Shown: positions 37,930 to 47,377 of the stretch, piece after piece
How the letters are laid out: the number at the start of each line of letters is the position of its first letter
How positions within the stretch are numbered: position 1 is the first letter of the stretch
DNA from: Treponema sp.
GTDB taxonomy: Bacteria > Spirochaetota > Spirochaetia > Treponematales > Treponemataceae
Direction: 5' to 3'
Assembly: GCA_016294105.1 (NCBI GenBank)
Contig: JAEDCN010000009.1
Span: forward strand, 4,867 to 68,866
Length of the DNA stretch: 64,000 nucleotides
Made by a program: the position numbers and the translations under genes
Notes under the pieces: model-generated
Database searches by the model: none
What the model saw: the letters and a program-made list of their open reading frames with translations, nothing else
What the model was told of the DNA's origin: nothing

Positions 37930-38934
37930 ATGAATTTTGTTGAGGAAATGAAGAAAAAGGCCAGTGAATATCAGAACAGCCTCGTTCTTCCTGAAGGTGC
38001 CGAAGAACGCACTGTTATTGCTGCTGCCGCCATCGTAGCCGAAAAACTTGCAAAGGAAGTAATCCTTTTGGGCAAGGAGGCAGACATCAAGAAGACTGCC
38101 GACGGAAAGGGTGTAAGCTTGGAAGGAATTACCCTGATTGATCCAGAGAATTCTCCCTGGAACGATGAATTTGCCAAGGAATACTACGAGCTGAGAAAGA
38201 ACAAGGGTATGACCCCAGAGCAGGCTGCCACCGACATCAAGCACTTCCTGCGATTCGGTGCCATGATGGTTCGCTTGGGCAAGGCCGATGCAATGATTGC
38301 TGGTGCCCTTTCCTCCACCGCAGACGTTTTGCGTGCTGGTCTCACCATCATCGGAACAGCTCCCGGCATGACCACCGCCTCATCCTGCTTCGTTATGGAC
38401 ACCCACAATCCCAAGTGGGGCTCCAACGGCTTGATGATTTTCTCCGACTGTGCTGTTATTCCTCTGCCTTCTGCTACCCAGCTGGCAGACATTGCTGTTT
38501 CCGCCGCTGATTCCTGCCGCCAGATGATTGGAGCAGAGCCAGTTGTAGCCATGATGTCCTTCTCTACAAAGGGCTCTGGTGGTAAGAACGAAAACGTGCT
38601 CCGTGTACAGGAAGCTGTAAAGCTTGCCAAGGAAAAGGCTCCCGACTTGTTGCTGGACGGTGAATTGCAGGCTGATGCCGCACTGATTCCTGATGTAACA
38701 GAGAAGAAGGCTCCAGGTAGCCCCATTACTGGTAAGGTAAACACCCTCATCTTCCCTGACTTGGGAGCAGGAAACATTGGATACAAGCTGGTACAACGCC
38801 TTGCTGGTGCTGACGCTTACGGTCCCTTCCTTCAGGGATTTGCTAAGCCCATCAGTGACCTGTCTAGAGGCTGTTCCGCCGACGACATCGTTGCCACTGC
38901 AGCTGTTACCCTGGTACAGGCCGGTAAGAAATAA
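37930..38934 (+). CDS. pta: Phosphate acetyltransferase
   Basis: 334 aa. LVLPEGAEERT, then MMVRLGKADAMIAG, DCAV and GANILIFPDL-like segments. Confidence 0.92.
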   Translation: MNFVEEMKKKASEYQNSLVLPEGAEERTVIAAAAIVAEKLAKEVILLGKEADIKKTADGKGVSLEGITLIDPENSPWNDEFAKEYYELRKNKGMTPEQAATDIKHFLRFGAMMVRLGKADAMIAGALSSTADVLRAGLTIIGTAPGMTTASSCFVMDTHNPKWGSNGLMIFSDCAVIPLPSATQLADIAVSAADSCRQMIGAEPVVAMMSFSTKGSGGKNENVLRVQEAVKLAKEKAPDLLLDGELQADAALIPDVTEKKAPGSPITGKVNTLIFPDLGAGNIGYKLVQRLAGADAYGPFLQGFAKPISDLSRGCSADDIVATAAVTLVQAGKK

Positions 38935-38990
38935 AGTTTCCGGGCCGGTAAGAAATAAAGTTTCCGGGCCGGTAAGAAATAAAACTTCCG
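38919..38990. repeat. Three tandem 24-bp copies of GGCCGGTAAGAAATAAAGTTTCCG; the first contains the pta stop codon
   Basis: Read directly. Copies lie at 38919-38942, 38943-38966 and 38967-38990 (2 substitutions), with a partial fourth copy after them. Confidence 0.95.
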
Positions 38991-39055
38991 AGCTGGTAAA
39001 ATATTTTATTAGTAAAGAAAGAATAAATTATCCTAGCCAGTTAAGCTGAAAACCA

Positions 39056-39099
39056 AGAAAGGCCACCTTTGAAAAAACTTCCAAGGTGGCCTTTCTTTA
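39056..39099. terminator. Bidirectional terminator between pta and deoC
   Basis: AAAGGCCACCTT...AAGGTGGCCTTT flanked by A/T runs. Confidence 0.8.
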
Positions 39100-39123
39100 T
39101 AGTCTAAAAACCTGCTAAAAAGC

Positions 39124-39786
39124 CTATTCCAGCTCAGCCATAATTGCAAGGCCTGCTGAACAACCGATTCTGTTGGCTCCTGCTTCCACCATGGCAAGGG
39201 CATCCTTAGCAGTGCGGATTCCACCTGCAGCCTTTACCCCAATGTCTGGTCCCACGGTTTTCCGCATAAGAGAAACAGCTTCTACCGTGGCACCTCCATC
39301 ACCAAAGCCCGTGGAGGTTTTTACAAAGTGGGCTCCAGCCTGAACTGCAGCCTTACAACAAGATACAATCTCATCCTCGGTCAAATAGCATACCTCAAGA
39401 ATTACCTTAACAATGGCAGGCTTACTGGCGGCTACTACGCCAGCAATGTCTGCCTCCACATCATCAAAGCGCCCTTCCTTGGCAGCTCCAATGTCAATCA
39501 CCATGTCCACCTCAGTGGCTCCTTCCTGTACTGCCCAGGCTGCTTCTTGAGCCTTTACTTTGTGGCTGGTGGCTCCCAGGGGAAATCCCACCACGGTACA
39601 CACCTCCACAGAGGATCCAGACAAAAGCTGGGCTACCAAGGGCACCTGCACAGGATTTACACAAACTGAGGCAAAGTCATTGTTTTTGGCTTCCTCACAA
39701 AGCTTTTCCACATCCTGCCTTTTTGCCACCGCCTTCAAAATCGTATGGTCAATCATAGCTGCCATTTGTTTTTTATTCATATTCAT
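39124..39786 (-). CDS. deoC: Deoxyribose-phosphate aldolase
   Basis: IDHTILK, then CVNP, VVGFPLG and the FVKTSTGF Schiff-base lysine motif. Confidence 0.92.
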   Translation of the reverse strand: MNMNKKQMAAMIDHTILKAVAKRQDVEKLCEEAKNNDFASVCVNPVQVPLVAQLLSGSSVEVCTVVGFPLGATSHKVKAQEAAWAVQEGATEVDMVIDIGAAKEGRFDDVEADIAGVVAASKPAIVKVILEVCYLTEDEIVSCCKAAVQAGAHFVKTSTGFGDGGATVEAVSLMRKTVGPDIGVKAAGGIRTAKDALAMVEAGANRIGCSAGLAIMAELE

Positions 39787-39836
39787 CCTCCTAAAAACTC
39801 TAGTCGTCTCAACAAAAAATCACTATATTATACACC

Positions 39837-40784
39837 ATGAAAAGAAATATATCACCATGGAACCTAAAAAAGGTTACCACCCTGAAAAAGCTTGCTAGCA
39901 CAGGCATCCTATTCACCTTGTTTTGTCTGCTCCTTCTTTTTGGTTGCGGCAAAAAAGATACTGCCTCACAAAAAAATGATGCAACGGCAGAAACCCAGAT
40001 TACCGCCAGCTTTTATCCCCTGTACGTTATGCTTATGAATATTACAGAAAACGTGCCAGGAATCAAGCTGAACCTCATGGCCCCAGCAGATACGGGCTGC
40101 CTTCACCACTACCACCTGTCTCCTGCCGACATGAAGCTGGTTCAAGACACAGACATTATGGTGGTAAACGGAGCCCACATGGAAGAGTTCATGGACAAGA
40201 TTCTTGACACATTGGATCCTAGCTCCATCGTTACCGCCACGGGAGACTGGCCCTTGGTAGATGAGAATCCCCATGTCTGGGTGTCTCCTGCAGGTGCCAT
40301 TCATCAGGTGGAGCAGATTACTGCAGGACTTTGTGCTTTGGATGCAGCCAACAGTCAGCTGTACCAGCAGAATGCCGCCAGCTACATTGCCAAGCTGCAG
40401 GATTTACAAAGCACCATGCACTCCACCCTCCAGCCCTTTGCAGGAGCCTCCCTCATCACCTTCCACGAAGCCTTTCCCTACTTGGCCCAAGAGTTTAACT
40501 TTAGCCTAGAGGGAAGCATTGAACGGGAGCCAGACAGTGAGCCCACCGCCAAGGAATTGGTGGAAACCATCAATCTAATTAAGGAGGTTCAGGCAAAGGG
40601 TAAGCCCTTGGCTCTCTTTGCAGAATTGAACTATGCCTCCTCCGCTGCAGAGGTTATCGCCAGAGAAACAGGGCTTACGGTACACCAGCTTGATCCAGCC
40701 GTTACGGGAATCCTTGATAAGGATGCCTATCTGCGTGCCATGGAATACAATACTCAAGTTCTGCAGCAGGCCCTGTCACAGTAA
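39837..40784 (+). CDS. Metal (Zn/Mn-type) ABC transporter substrate-binding lipoprotein (ZnuA/TroA family)
   Basis: Lipobox LLFGCG, plus the patterns NPHVWVSP and FHEAFPYLAQEF. Confidence 0.85.
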   Translation: MKRNISPWNLKKVTTLKKLASTGILFTLFCLLLLFGCGKKDTASQKNDATAETQITASFYPLYVMLMNITENVPGIKLNLMAPADTGCLHHYHLSPADMKLVQDTDIMVVNGAHMEEFMDKILDTLDPSSIVTATGDWPLVDENPHVWVSPAGAIHQVEQITAGLCALDAANSQLYQQNAASYIAKLQDLQSTMHSTLQPFAGASLITFHEAFPYLAQEFNFSLEGSIEREPDSEPTAKELVETINLIKEVQAKGKPLALFAELNYASSAAEVIARETGLTVHQLDPAVTGILDKDAYLRAMEYNTQVLQQALSQ

Positions 40785-40967
40785 TTTTTTGTTCCTGCAA
40801 GACCAGCTACAGGATTACCTATAGAATTATCTACAGGAAATTGACCTTTGGAAAAAGGATTCCTTATGATAATTCTATCTTTAACAAGGTTTAGATAGAT
40901 TTAAACCTTGTATTTTGTCTATTATTGTGGTATAGTAAAAGTATACTACTTTATAAGAGGTGTTAAA

Positions 40968-41141
40968 ATGGCACATAAGATTGATGCTAATGGATGCGTA
41001 AACTGCGGTGCTTGCGAGCCCGAATGTCCAGTTGGAGCAATCAGTGAAGGCGATGGCGTTCGCGTTATCGATGCTGGAACTTGTATTGACTGCGGTGCAT
41101 GTGCAGGCGTTTGCCCCACAGAAGTAATCAGCCAGGAATAA
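40968..41141 (+). CDS. 2x[4Fe-4S] ferredoxin
   Basis: 57 aa from the ATG at 40968, after GAGG. The cluster motifs are CVNCGACEPECP and CIDCGACAGVCP. Confidence 0.9.
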   Translation: MAHKIDANGCVNCGACEPECPVGAISEGDGVRVIDAGTCIDCGACAGVCPTEVISQE

Positions 41142-41160
41142 ACGTATTTTACGTTTTGTA

Positions 41161-41209
41161 AAAACAGGTTCGGCTGGAGGGTGTAACTTTCTGCTGAACC
41201 TGTTTTTTT
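41161..41209 (+). terminator. Rho-independent terminator
   Basis: AACAGGTTC...GAACCTGTT followed by T7. Confidence 0.8.
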
Positions 41210-41223
41210 CTTACAAAGAGAAA

Positions 41224-41652
41224 ATGATACAGAAAATTGTTAGTGGCTACGGAAAACTTCTTTTATCCTTTGTTAAAATTCTAGCTTTAGTTGGCCTGTG
41301 TGCCGTCTTTGCATTTGTTTTGGTTCTCCCTCTCTGGAAATTTGCTACTGTTGCTCCTGACCTGTACAGTATCCTGATTATCCTTCTCTTTGTGGCAGGA
41401 CTTGTTTTTTTTGCTGGAAAAAGCCTGAAAAATTTCTTGTGTGCAGGCTTTCCCACACCACAGGAGCGAAAAAAGCGTATCAAGCGGCTACTGAATCTGG
41501 CAGGAAGAATTTTCGTAATTCTTGCAGGTGTATTTGGAATTGTGATGAGTATCTTGAATGAATCAGCGATGGCCCTCTGGATTGTACTTCTGCTGACCAT
41601 TATTATCTATGGAGTTTTGGCATTTGGAACAAAAAAAGAAAAGAAATTGTAA
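41224..41652 (+). CDS. Small integral membrane protein
   Basis: 142 aa with four hydrophobic segments. Confidence 0.6.
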   Translation: MIQKIVSGYGKLLLSFVKILALVGLCAVFAFVLVLPLWKFATVAPDLYSILIILLFVAGLVFFAGKSLKNFLCAGFPTPQERKKRIKRLLNLAGRIFVILAGVFGIVMSILNESAMALWIVLLLTIIIYGVLAFGTKKEKKL

Positions 41653-42637
41653 TCCCATTCTCAGTTTTCTTCTTCTGCTGCTCACCAGCTTTGGTTCGGT
41701 GCATATTCTTGCCCAAACTACAACCACAGAGCTTCCTTCTGACATCACTGCAGAATATGCCAATCTGAGTCAGTCCCACCAGAATATGGTGGATACCTCC
41801 CTGCTACCAGTAATTACCAGCCTTTCCTCCCGCAACAGGGAATTTGCACAGTATATGCAGAATGTGGAAAAGTCATACCAAAATATCAGTGCTGGAAGAA
41901 ATTTCCAGCCAGGATTTTATCTGTATACGGTAACGGCAGATGATACCTCATTACCCGTACGAAATCTGGTGAGCCTGGCTGCTCGGTGCAGCGTTCCATA
42001 TGGCGAGATTGCCCTGCTGAATGATTTAACTTCTGCTGAGGAGGATTTAACGGGAAAAACCTTGATTCTCCCCGACGCTCCAGGCCTGTTCGTTCCCTTG
42101 AATCCTGCCACCTCCATTGGGACTCTGGTAAAAAAACGGCTTTCCAACCCAGATTTTGGAAACGAGTTTACCGTCAACGGAAAAAGCTACCAGTATTTTC
42201 CCCAAGAGCGGCTTACTCCCACGGAGCTAGCCTTTTTCTTGGATACTAATTTGAGAATGCCCTTGGACAATAGTGTTTTGACTTCTGGATTTGGTAACCG
42301 AGTAAGCCCCATCACAGGACTGAACCACCAGCACAAGGGAATCGATTTGGCCGCACCAGAAGGGACAAAGGTGTATGCCTGCAAGGGTGGAACGGTGGCC
42401 ATTGCCAGCTATGACATGACCTACGGAAATTATATTATACTGGATCATGAAAACAAGACTCAAAGCGTCTATGCTCATCTTTCGGCTGTGCTGGTAAAAA
42501 CTGGGGAAGAAATTTCCCGTGGAGCAGTTATTGGCAAGGTGGGCAGTACTGGGGCATCTACAGGCCCTCATCTTCATTTTGAAATTCGTGTAAACGGTGC
42601 GGCCCAAGATCCCCGCAGACTGTTGCCAGCTATTTGA
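41609..42637 (+). CDS. LysM-like / M23 family metallopeptidase
   Basis: The M23 motifs are HKGIDLAAPEGTKV and GSTGASTGPHLHFE. The start is uncertain because it overlaps the upstream gene. Confidence 0.85.
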   Translation: MEFWHLEQKKKRNCNPILSFLLLLLTSFGSVHILAQTTTTELPSDITAEYANLSQSHQNMVDTSLLPVITSLSSRNREFAQYMQNVEKSYQNISAGRNFQPGFYLYTVTADDTSLPVRNLVSLAARCSVPYGEIALLNDLTSAEEDLTGKTLILPDAPGLFVPLNPATSIGTLVKKRLSNPDFGNEFTVNGKSYQYFPQERLTPTELAFFLDTNLRMPLDNSVLTSGFGNRVSPITGLNHQHKGIDLAAPEGTKVYACKGGTVAIASYDMTYGNYIILDHENKTQSVYAHLSAVLVKTGEEISRGAVIGKVGSTGASTGPHLHFEIRVNGAAQDPRRLLPAI

Positions 42638-42644
42638 GGTTTAA

Positions 42645-43631
42645 ATGAAAAGGAATATATTATTTTTTACCCTATTCGTTCTCCTGAACATGATGGCCAC
42701 AGGAGAAACCTTTAGAATCCACAAGACGGTGATGGTGGAAATGCCAGAAACAGGAAATGTGGTTGTCCAAGCAGGAATTAACGATGCCTTGGCCATTGTC
42801 CTCCCAGAGGATACCACTTTTTTTCAGGGTGTTGAGCTGGACATAAAGATTCCAGAGGTGCTTTCCCGGTATTATGGTTCCGTGGCCTATTCCCTATATA
42901 CAGACTTGACTCCCATGCCTACAGCCGCCACCATCAATTATACTGGTACTAGGGAAATGATAGACACCATTCCCGGACGGCTCAGCTTGAATCTGATTCT
43001 TCCCTTGGTGGAGCCCAATACCATCAAAAAGACTCCCTACAATATAGTTTTGCCCGCTGTATACAACCTGAATTCAGCAGTACTATTCTTTCGATTCCAG
43101 CTTGTAATGAAGGGCATCCCAGAAGACTACGAAAAGGAACCTTTTGTGGTAACGGTAAAGCCTGTATACATCGACAAGGGGAGAATGGAGTTAAAGGTAA
43201 CCTATCCTCAGAATGAAGATGGCCAAAAATTGGAATTCCCCTACACCGTTTTCATCGACGAAGAATTAGCCACATTGGAAGATGGAAAACTGATTTTGGA
43301 TACAGGAACCCACTATATTTCCATGGTATCGGACCACTATCGCAATGAAACAAGAACCTTTTCTATTGAAAGCGGCAAAACCACACGGGTGGAAGTGGAG
43401 CTCCGAGACATTGCCCCTACCCTGCAGTTTGTGGCACCAGACAATACTAAGATTTTCCTAGATGAAATTGAAATTCCTTACACCAAGGATGCCTTTGTCA
43501 TTTCTCAGGGGGAACATCAGATTCGATTTGTAGTGGGAGATTATGAGACCGTAAAAACTATTCAAGCGGTGAACGGAAGATCCTACGTGATAAACCTTTC
43601 TTTGGATGTTGAGGTTACAGAAACGCTGTAA
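42645..43631 (+). CDS. Secreted protein of unknown function
   Basis: 328 aa with a signal peptide. It appears co-oriented and co-transcribed with the M23 peptidase gene. Confidence 0.55.
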   Translation: MKRNILFFTLFVLLNMMATGETFRIHKTVMVEMPETGNVVVQAGINDALAIVLPEDTTFFQGVELDIKIPEVLSRYYGSVAYSLYTDLTPMPTAATINYTGTREMIDTIPGRLSLNLILPLVEPNTIKKTPYNIVLPAVYNLNSAVLFFRFQLVMKGIPEDYEKEPFVVTVKPVYIDKGRMELKVTYPQNEDGQKLEFPYTVFIDEELATLEDGKLILDTGTHYISMVSDHYRNETRTFSIESGKTTRVEVELRDIAPTLQFVAPDNTKIFLDEIEIPYTKDAFVISQGEHQIRFVVGDYETVKTIQAVNGRSYVINLSLDVEVTETL

Positions 43632-43725
43632 TTTTCACTAAAGAATTTTGACTTTATCCCGATAATCTAGTATCGGATGTGCAAATCCCCTCCCACCCAT
43701 TGCACATCCGGATGCCTGATGGCAT

Positions 43726-43751
43726 GGCCGGCAATAGCCGGTCTTTTTTTT
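43726..43751 (+). terminator. Rho-independent terminator
   Basis: GGCCGGC aata GCCGGTC followed by T8. A second hairpin, GGATGTGCAA...TTGCACATCC, lies just upstream. Confidence 0.75.
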
Positions 43752-43801
43752 GCCCTGGTGATTATCCGCAATCTACAGAAAACGGAGAACCACAGGATAC
43801 A

Positions 43802-44728
43802 TTATGACAGATGATTAAGAGATTCCTGCAGTAATCCCAAGAAACGAGCTTTCAGCAGGGAAAAATCTACGGAAGGAATCCTACAAGAAGAAAGATGCTG
43901 ACCTAAAAGGGTACAGTCTTCGTGGAGATCCTTCTTGTCTGCTTTGGAGGAATGAGGAAGGGAATAAAAGGATTGTAGCTGTTGGTCAAAATACTCTCCA
44001 GCGGCTTCCAGCATATCCTGAATTTCTTTGGGAGACAGGGGAAGCTTTGTTCCAATGAGCTTGTTTTCCAGCTCACGGCTATGCAAACGCAGGGCACCAC
44101 AAAAGGCAATCCGCAGGTTCATGAGGGTTTCCTTCTGAATGCTGGCCAAAAAGGCGTAAGAAGCACAATTTTCGTTCAAAGTCCAAGAGGGCCCCACCCG
44201 TCGGAACAATGACAGCTCCCATTCATCTAGGGGAACACGAACCTTGGTAAGCACGCTACCTGCAGGAACGAGGTTGCCGGCTGTAAAGGTGGAAAACTGG
44301 GTCATGGGTAGGGAAAGGATTTCGGAATTGACGCGGAACTCTAGCTTGGCATCTAAAGCCAGCAAGGGTGCAAAAAGGGTTCCACAGAGAGGCTCAATGC
44401 AAAGGTTTCCTCCCAGAGTAGCAACATTACGAACCAGCGGTGTAGCTATGGAGTTAAGGGCTTGGTATAAAACTGGAGGAACGTGCTTTTCTCCCAGCTC
44501 CATGATAGAAGCTAGAGTAACACCTGATCCAATTTCTATGTAACGCTCCTTTTTTTCAATGAGCTTGAACTCCTTGATGTTTCGGATAATCATGGAAACA
44601 GGAGGCAATTCCTTTAGGTAGGTACAGCCACCACAAATCTTTAGATTGGATCTGTTTCTCAGCTGATAGAGTACTTCCTCAAGGCTGGTTCCAAAATAAA
44701 CGTCCTTAGTTCTTTCCTTTTCGTCCAT
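43802..44728 (-). CDS. Xanthine-dehydrogenase-family FAD-binding subunit (CoxM/XdhB-like), divergent
   Basis: I prefer the ATG at 44728 (MDEKERTK). It has an FAD_binding_5-like layout and overlaps the 2Fe-2S subunit gene by 23 nt. Confidence 0.65.
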   Translation of the reverse strand: MDEKERTKDVYFGTSLEEVLYQLRNRSNLKICGGCTYLKELPPVSMIIRNIKEFKLIEKKERYIEIGSGVTLASIMELGEKHVPPVLYQALNSIATPLVRNVATLGGNLCIEPLCGTLFAPLLALDAKLEFRVNSEILSLPMTQFSTFTAGNLVPAGSVLTKVRVPLDEWELSLFRRVGPSWTLNENCASYAFLASIQKETLMNLRIAFCGALRLHSRELENKLIGTKLPLSPKEIQDMLEAAGEYFDQQLQSFYSLPHSSKADKKDLHEDCTLLGQHLSSCRIPSVDFSLLKARFLGLLQESLNHLS

Positions 44729-45239
44729 TTTTATTGGTCCTGTTTGTGTTCTTTTCTTTTTCCTGCCGCTTGAGGGCAATGCTTTGAAAGGCAGCCACCG
44801 CATAGATAATACCCTGCACTAAGCTGTCTTGCTCTGTACAACTACAATTAAAGTGGCGCACCATATCATACATCAGCTGCTGGGAAGGCCTTTGGTAGGT
44901 TGAAATGAGACTGTAGGTTCCAAGGATTTTTCCTGCGTTGCAAAAACCGCAGAACTGGATTCCAGCCTTTTCAAAGGATTCCATAATCAGCTCGTATTCC
45001 TTTGTCTTGGAAAATTGCTCCATAGTTACGATGGAAGCGTCACGGACAGCCACAAAGGGAATGATGCAGGTAGGGACCGCCTTTCCGTCCAGCAACACTG
45101 TGCAAGAGCCACAGCGGCCTTGGGCACAACCTAGCTTTGCAGAAATAAATCCCTCCCGCCGTAAAACCTCCAAAAGACTCATGGAGGGGTCGGCTTCCAG
45201 TACCCTCATTTCTCCGTTCAAGGTAATGGGAATTTTCAT
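44706..45239 (-). CDS. Xanthine-dehydrogenase-family [2Fe-2S] subunit
   Basis: GCAQGRCGSCTV...C and QFCGFC...CSC match both 2Fe-2S cluster ligand sets. Confidence 0.85.
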   Translation of the reverse strand: MKIPITLNGEMRVLEADPSMSLLEVLRREGFISAKLGCAQGRCGSCTVLLDGKAVPTCIIPFVAVRDASIVTMEQFSKTKEYELIMESFEKAGIQFCGFCNAGKILGTYSLISTYQRPSQQLMYDMVRHFNCSCTEQDSLVQGIIYAVAAFQSIALKRQEKEKNTNRTNKNGRKGKN

Positions 45240-47377
45240 TCTGAAACCTCCTGCACGTCCTCTTCACCAGTATGGTTTTCAGTTTCACTTGCATTCGCAG
45301 TCTGCGCTTTAGCTTGAGCTGGGGGCTGTTCCTCTGGCTGGGGAGAAAAAGCTTGGTACACATAATCACTTTGAAAGGGAATGCTGGAAATAGCCTTATT
45401 ACAGGCTTGGGAAATGGCAGAGGAAATGGCAGAGGGCAACAGGGAATACACTAGGTTTCCAAGCTGCTTTGGCTCCTTGCTACCAGGAAGTAGTTCCACA
45501 AAAATATCCAGAACTTCCATTTCCTCTAAAGTTACTAACTCCTGTAAACTCTCCCGTACTGCGGCCTTGATAGTAGCCACCGCCCGCTCAGGAGACAGAA
45601 TTTCTCCACCCTCAACGGCAATCCAAATGCCTCGAATAAGGGTTTTATAGGTAAAGGTATCCAGTTCCACCTCCACCACCGCAGCACCTGTGGCAATGGA
45701 AAAGAAGGGAGAACCAGAAAAGCTTTCTTGATCCCATTGTTTTTTCTGGGTACTGGTAAGCCCACGGGACACATGGATGGGTAGAGGCTGCTGAAAGCGC
45801 TTTTTCTGGACTGCAGTGCAAGCCTTTCGGAGCAGTTGGGTCATCAAACCCACGTTTCCAAAGAATCCTGCAGGATAAAGGGGCTCCGTGTCCACAGAAA
45901 AGTTTCCATCAATACGGATATTCTTTTCCTCCACGTCCAGCTCCTTGGAAACAATCTTTATCCACACCTGCTGTACCCAGGCAGAAGGAGGATAAGAATG
46001 GATTACCACCGTTCCGTCCTTTTCCAGAGTGAGCTCCATGGTCAGGTCTTGGATATACCGAATGGCACCTAAAAATCCACTACCTTCAAATCCACAGGAA
46101 ATTCCAATGCCACGAATGGGAACGGGACTTGCCAGTTTTTTTTCGTAGGAATCATTTTGGGAAAGATTATAGGACCAGTATTTTCTTTGAAAGCTACTTT
46201 TGTCCACCACCGCCTTGAGCACCTTTTCTAAATAGGTAAAATTGAACTTAAAGGGTTTTGTGGGCATGCTTTCATGGTTCAAAAGTCGAACTTCATGAGG
46301 CATTCTTCCCACCTTACGTGCAATCTCCGACAGATGGGATTCCAAAGCAAAGAAAATCTGGCTGTCCATCCGCTGCAGGGTTAAGGCTGTGGGAGGAGTG
46401 TGGGACTGGATGGCGTAAGCTTCTATCTTGTACACCGCAGGATCGTAGACACCAACGGCAGCCACAATCATTCTGTTCATCAATTCCTGAATAAAGGGAT
46501 TGTAGATTCCCGTATCCAAAACGATGGAAACAATCATGGCCAAAATCTTTCCTTCAGGAGAAACGGAGCTACGATAGCTGACCACAACAGGAGCTGGTCG
46601 CTCGTAGTACAGGCCTTGCTCCTCTCGGGTAAACATCATCTTTACTGGCTTACCACATAAATAGGCTGCCACAGCCATCTGGGCAGACAAGATAGCAAAG
46701 TACCACTGCGACCTATTGTTGCCACCAGCCACTAAGGTCTTTCGTATTTCTACCTGTTCTGGAGATATACCAAGGCCAGCGGCAATGGAACGGCGCACTT
46801 GACTAAACCACTGGACAGGGGCATAAAGAATCAAGCGATTGTCTTGATACAGTGCAATGCCCCCAGCTGTTTCTCCACAATGGGGCGAATAACAATTGCT
46901 GGAATAGCTGCCCTCCACTTGAATGTCAGCCTCGGCAAAAAGCAACTCAGCCTCATTGCCCGCCCCAACGGTTCGCTGGGTAATAATATGTTGGCTTTCC
47001 AAGGATTCTGAGATTCCTGGCCCTTCCTGCACTGGGTGAAATCGGGTGATAACCTCCTTGGACAACTGACCAAGTCGCAGTTTGTCTGGCCCCACCAGAA
47101 TTGCCAAAGGCTCCCCTTGATAGGAAACCTCATCTTGTGCCAGCAGGGGAATCTCCGTTCCCAGCAAAGAAATAGTTTTTGCTCCAGGAATATCCTTGGC
47201 GGTGTATAAAAAATATCCTTCAGGAAGCTGAGGATGGGAAATAGACCTGATTTTACCTCTGGGCAGGGGACTGCGAACCAGCACCCCATACATCATGTCG
47301 GGAAGCCGCAAGTCAGAGAAAAAGGAGGAGGCAAAATCCACCAGCTGCTTTCCGGTGACCTTCCTTTTAGTTGCCAT
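45236..47377 (-). CDS. Xanthine-dehydrogenase-family molybdopterin-binding large subunit, apparently divergent
   Basis: 713 aa whose overall layout and several blocks align by eye with XDH/CoxL large subunits. The key motif positions look altered (see findings). Confidence 0.7.
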   Translation of the reverse strand: MATKRKVTGKQLVDFASSFFSDLRLPDMMYGVLVRSPLPRGKIRSISHPQLPEGYFLYTAKDIPGAKTISLLGTEIPLLAQDEVSYQGEPLAILVGPDKLRLGQLSKEVITRFHPVQEGPGISESLESQHIITQRTVGAGNEAELLFAEADIQVEGSYSSNCYSPHCGETAGGIALYQDNRLILYAPVQWFSQVRRSIAAGLGISPEQVEIRKTLVAGGNNRSQWYFAILSAQMAVAAYLCGKPVKMMFTREEQGLYYERPAPVVVSYRSSVSPEGKILAMIVSIVLDTGIYNPFIQELMNRMIVAAVGVYDPAVYKIEAYAIQSHTPPTALTLQRMDSQIFFALESHLSEIARKVGRMPHEVRLLNHESMPTKPFKFNFTYLEKVLKAVVDKSSFQRKYWSYNLSQNDSYEKKLASPVPIRGIGISCGFEGSGFLGAIRYIQDLTMELTLEKDGTVVIHSYPPSAWVQQVWIKIVSKELDVEEKNIRIDGNFSVDTEPLYPAGFFGNVGLMTQLLRKACTAVQKKRFQQPLPIHVSRGLTSTQKKQWDQESFSGSPFFSIATGAAVVEVELDTFTYKTLIRGIWIAVEGGEILSPERAVATIKAAVRESLQELVTLEEMEVLDIFVELLPGSKEPKQLGNLVYSLLPSAISSAISQACNKAISSIPFQSDYVYQAFSPQPEEQPPAQAKAQTANASETENHTGEEDVQEVSE

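Noticed and set aside
38184-38786. 200-aa and 138-aa minus-strand ORFs inside pta
   Set aside because: They are antisense to a well-supported phosphate acetyltransferase gene.
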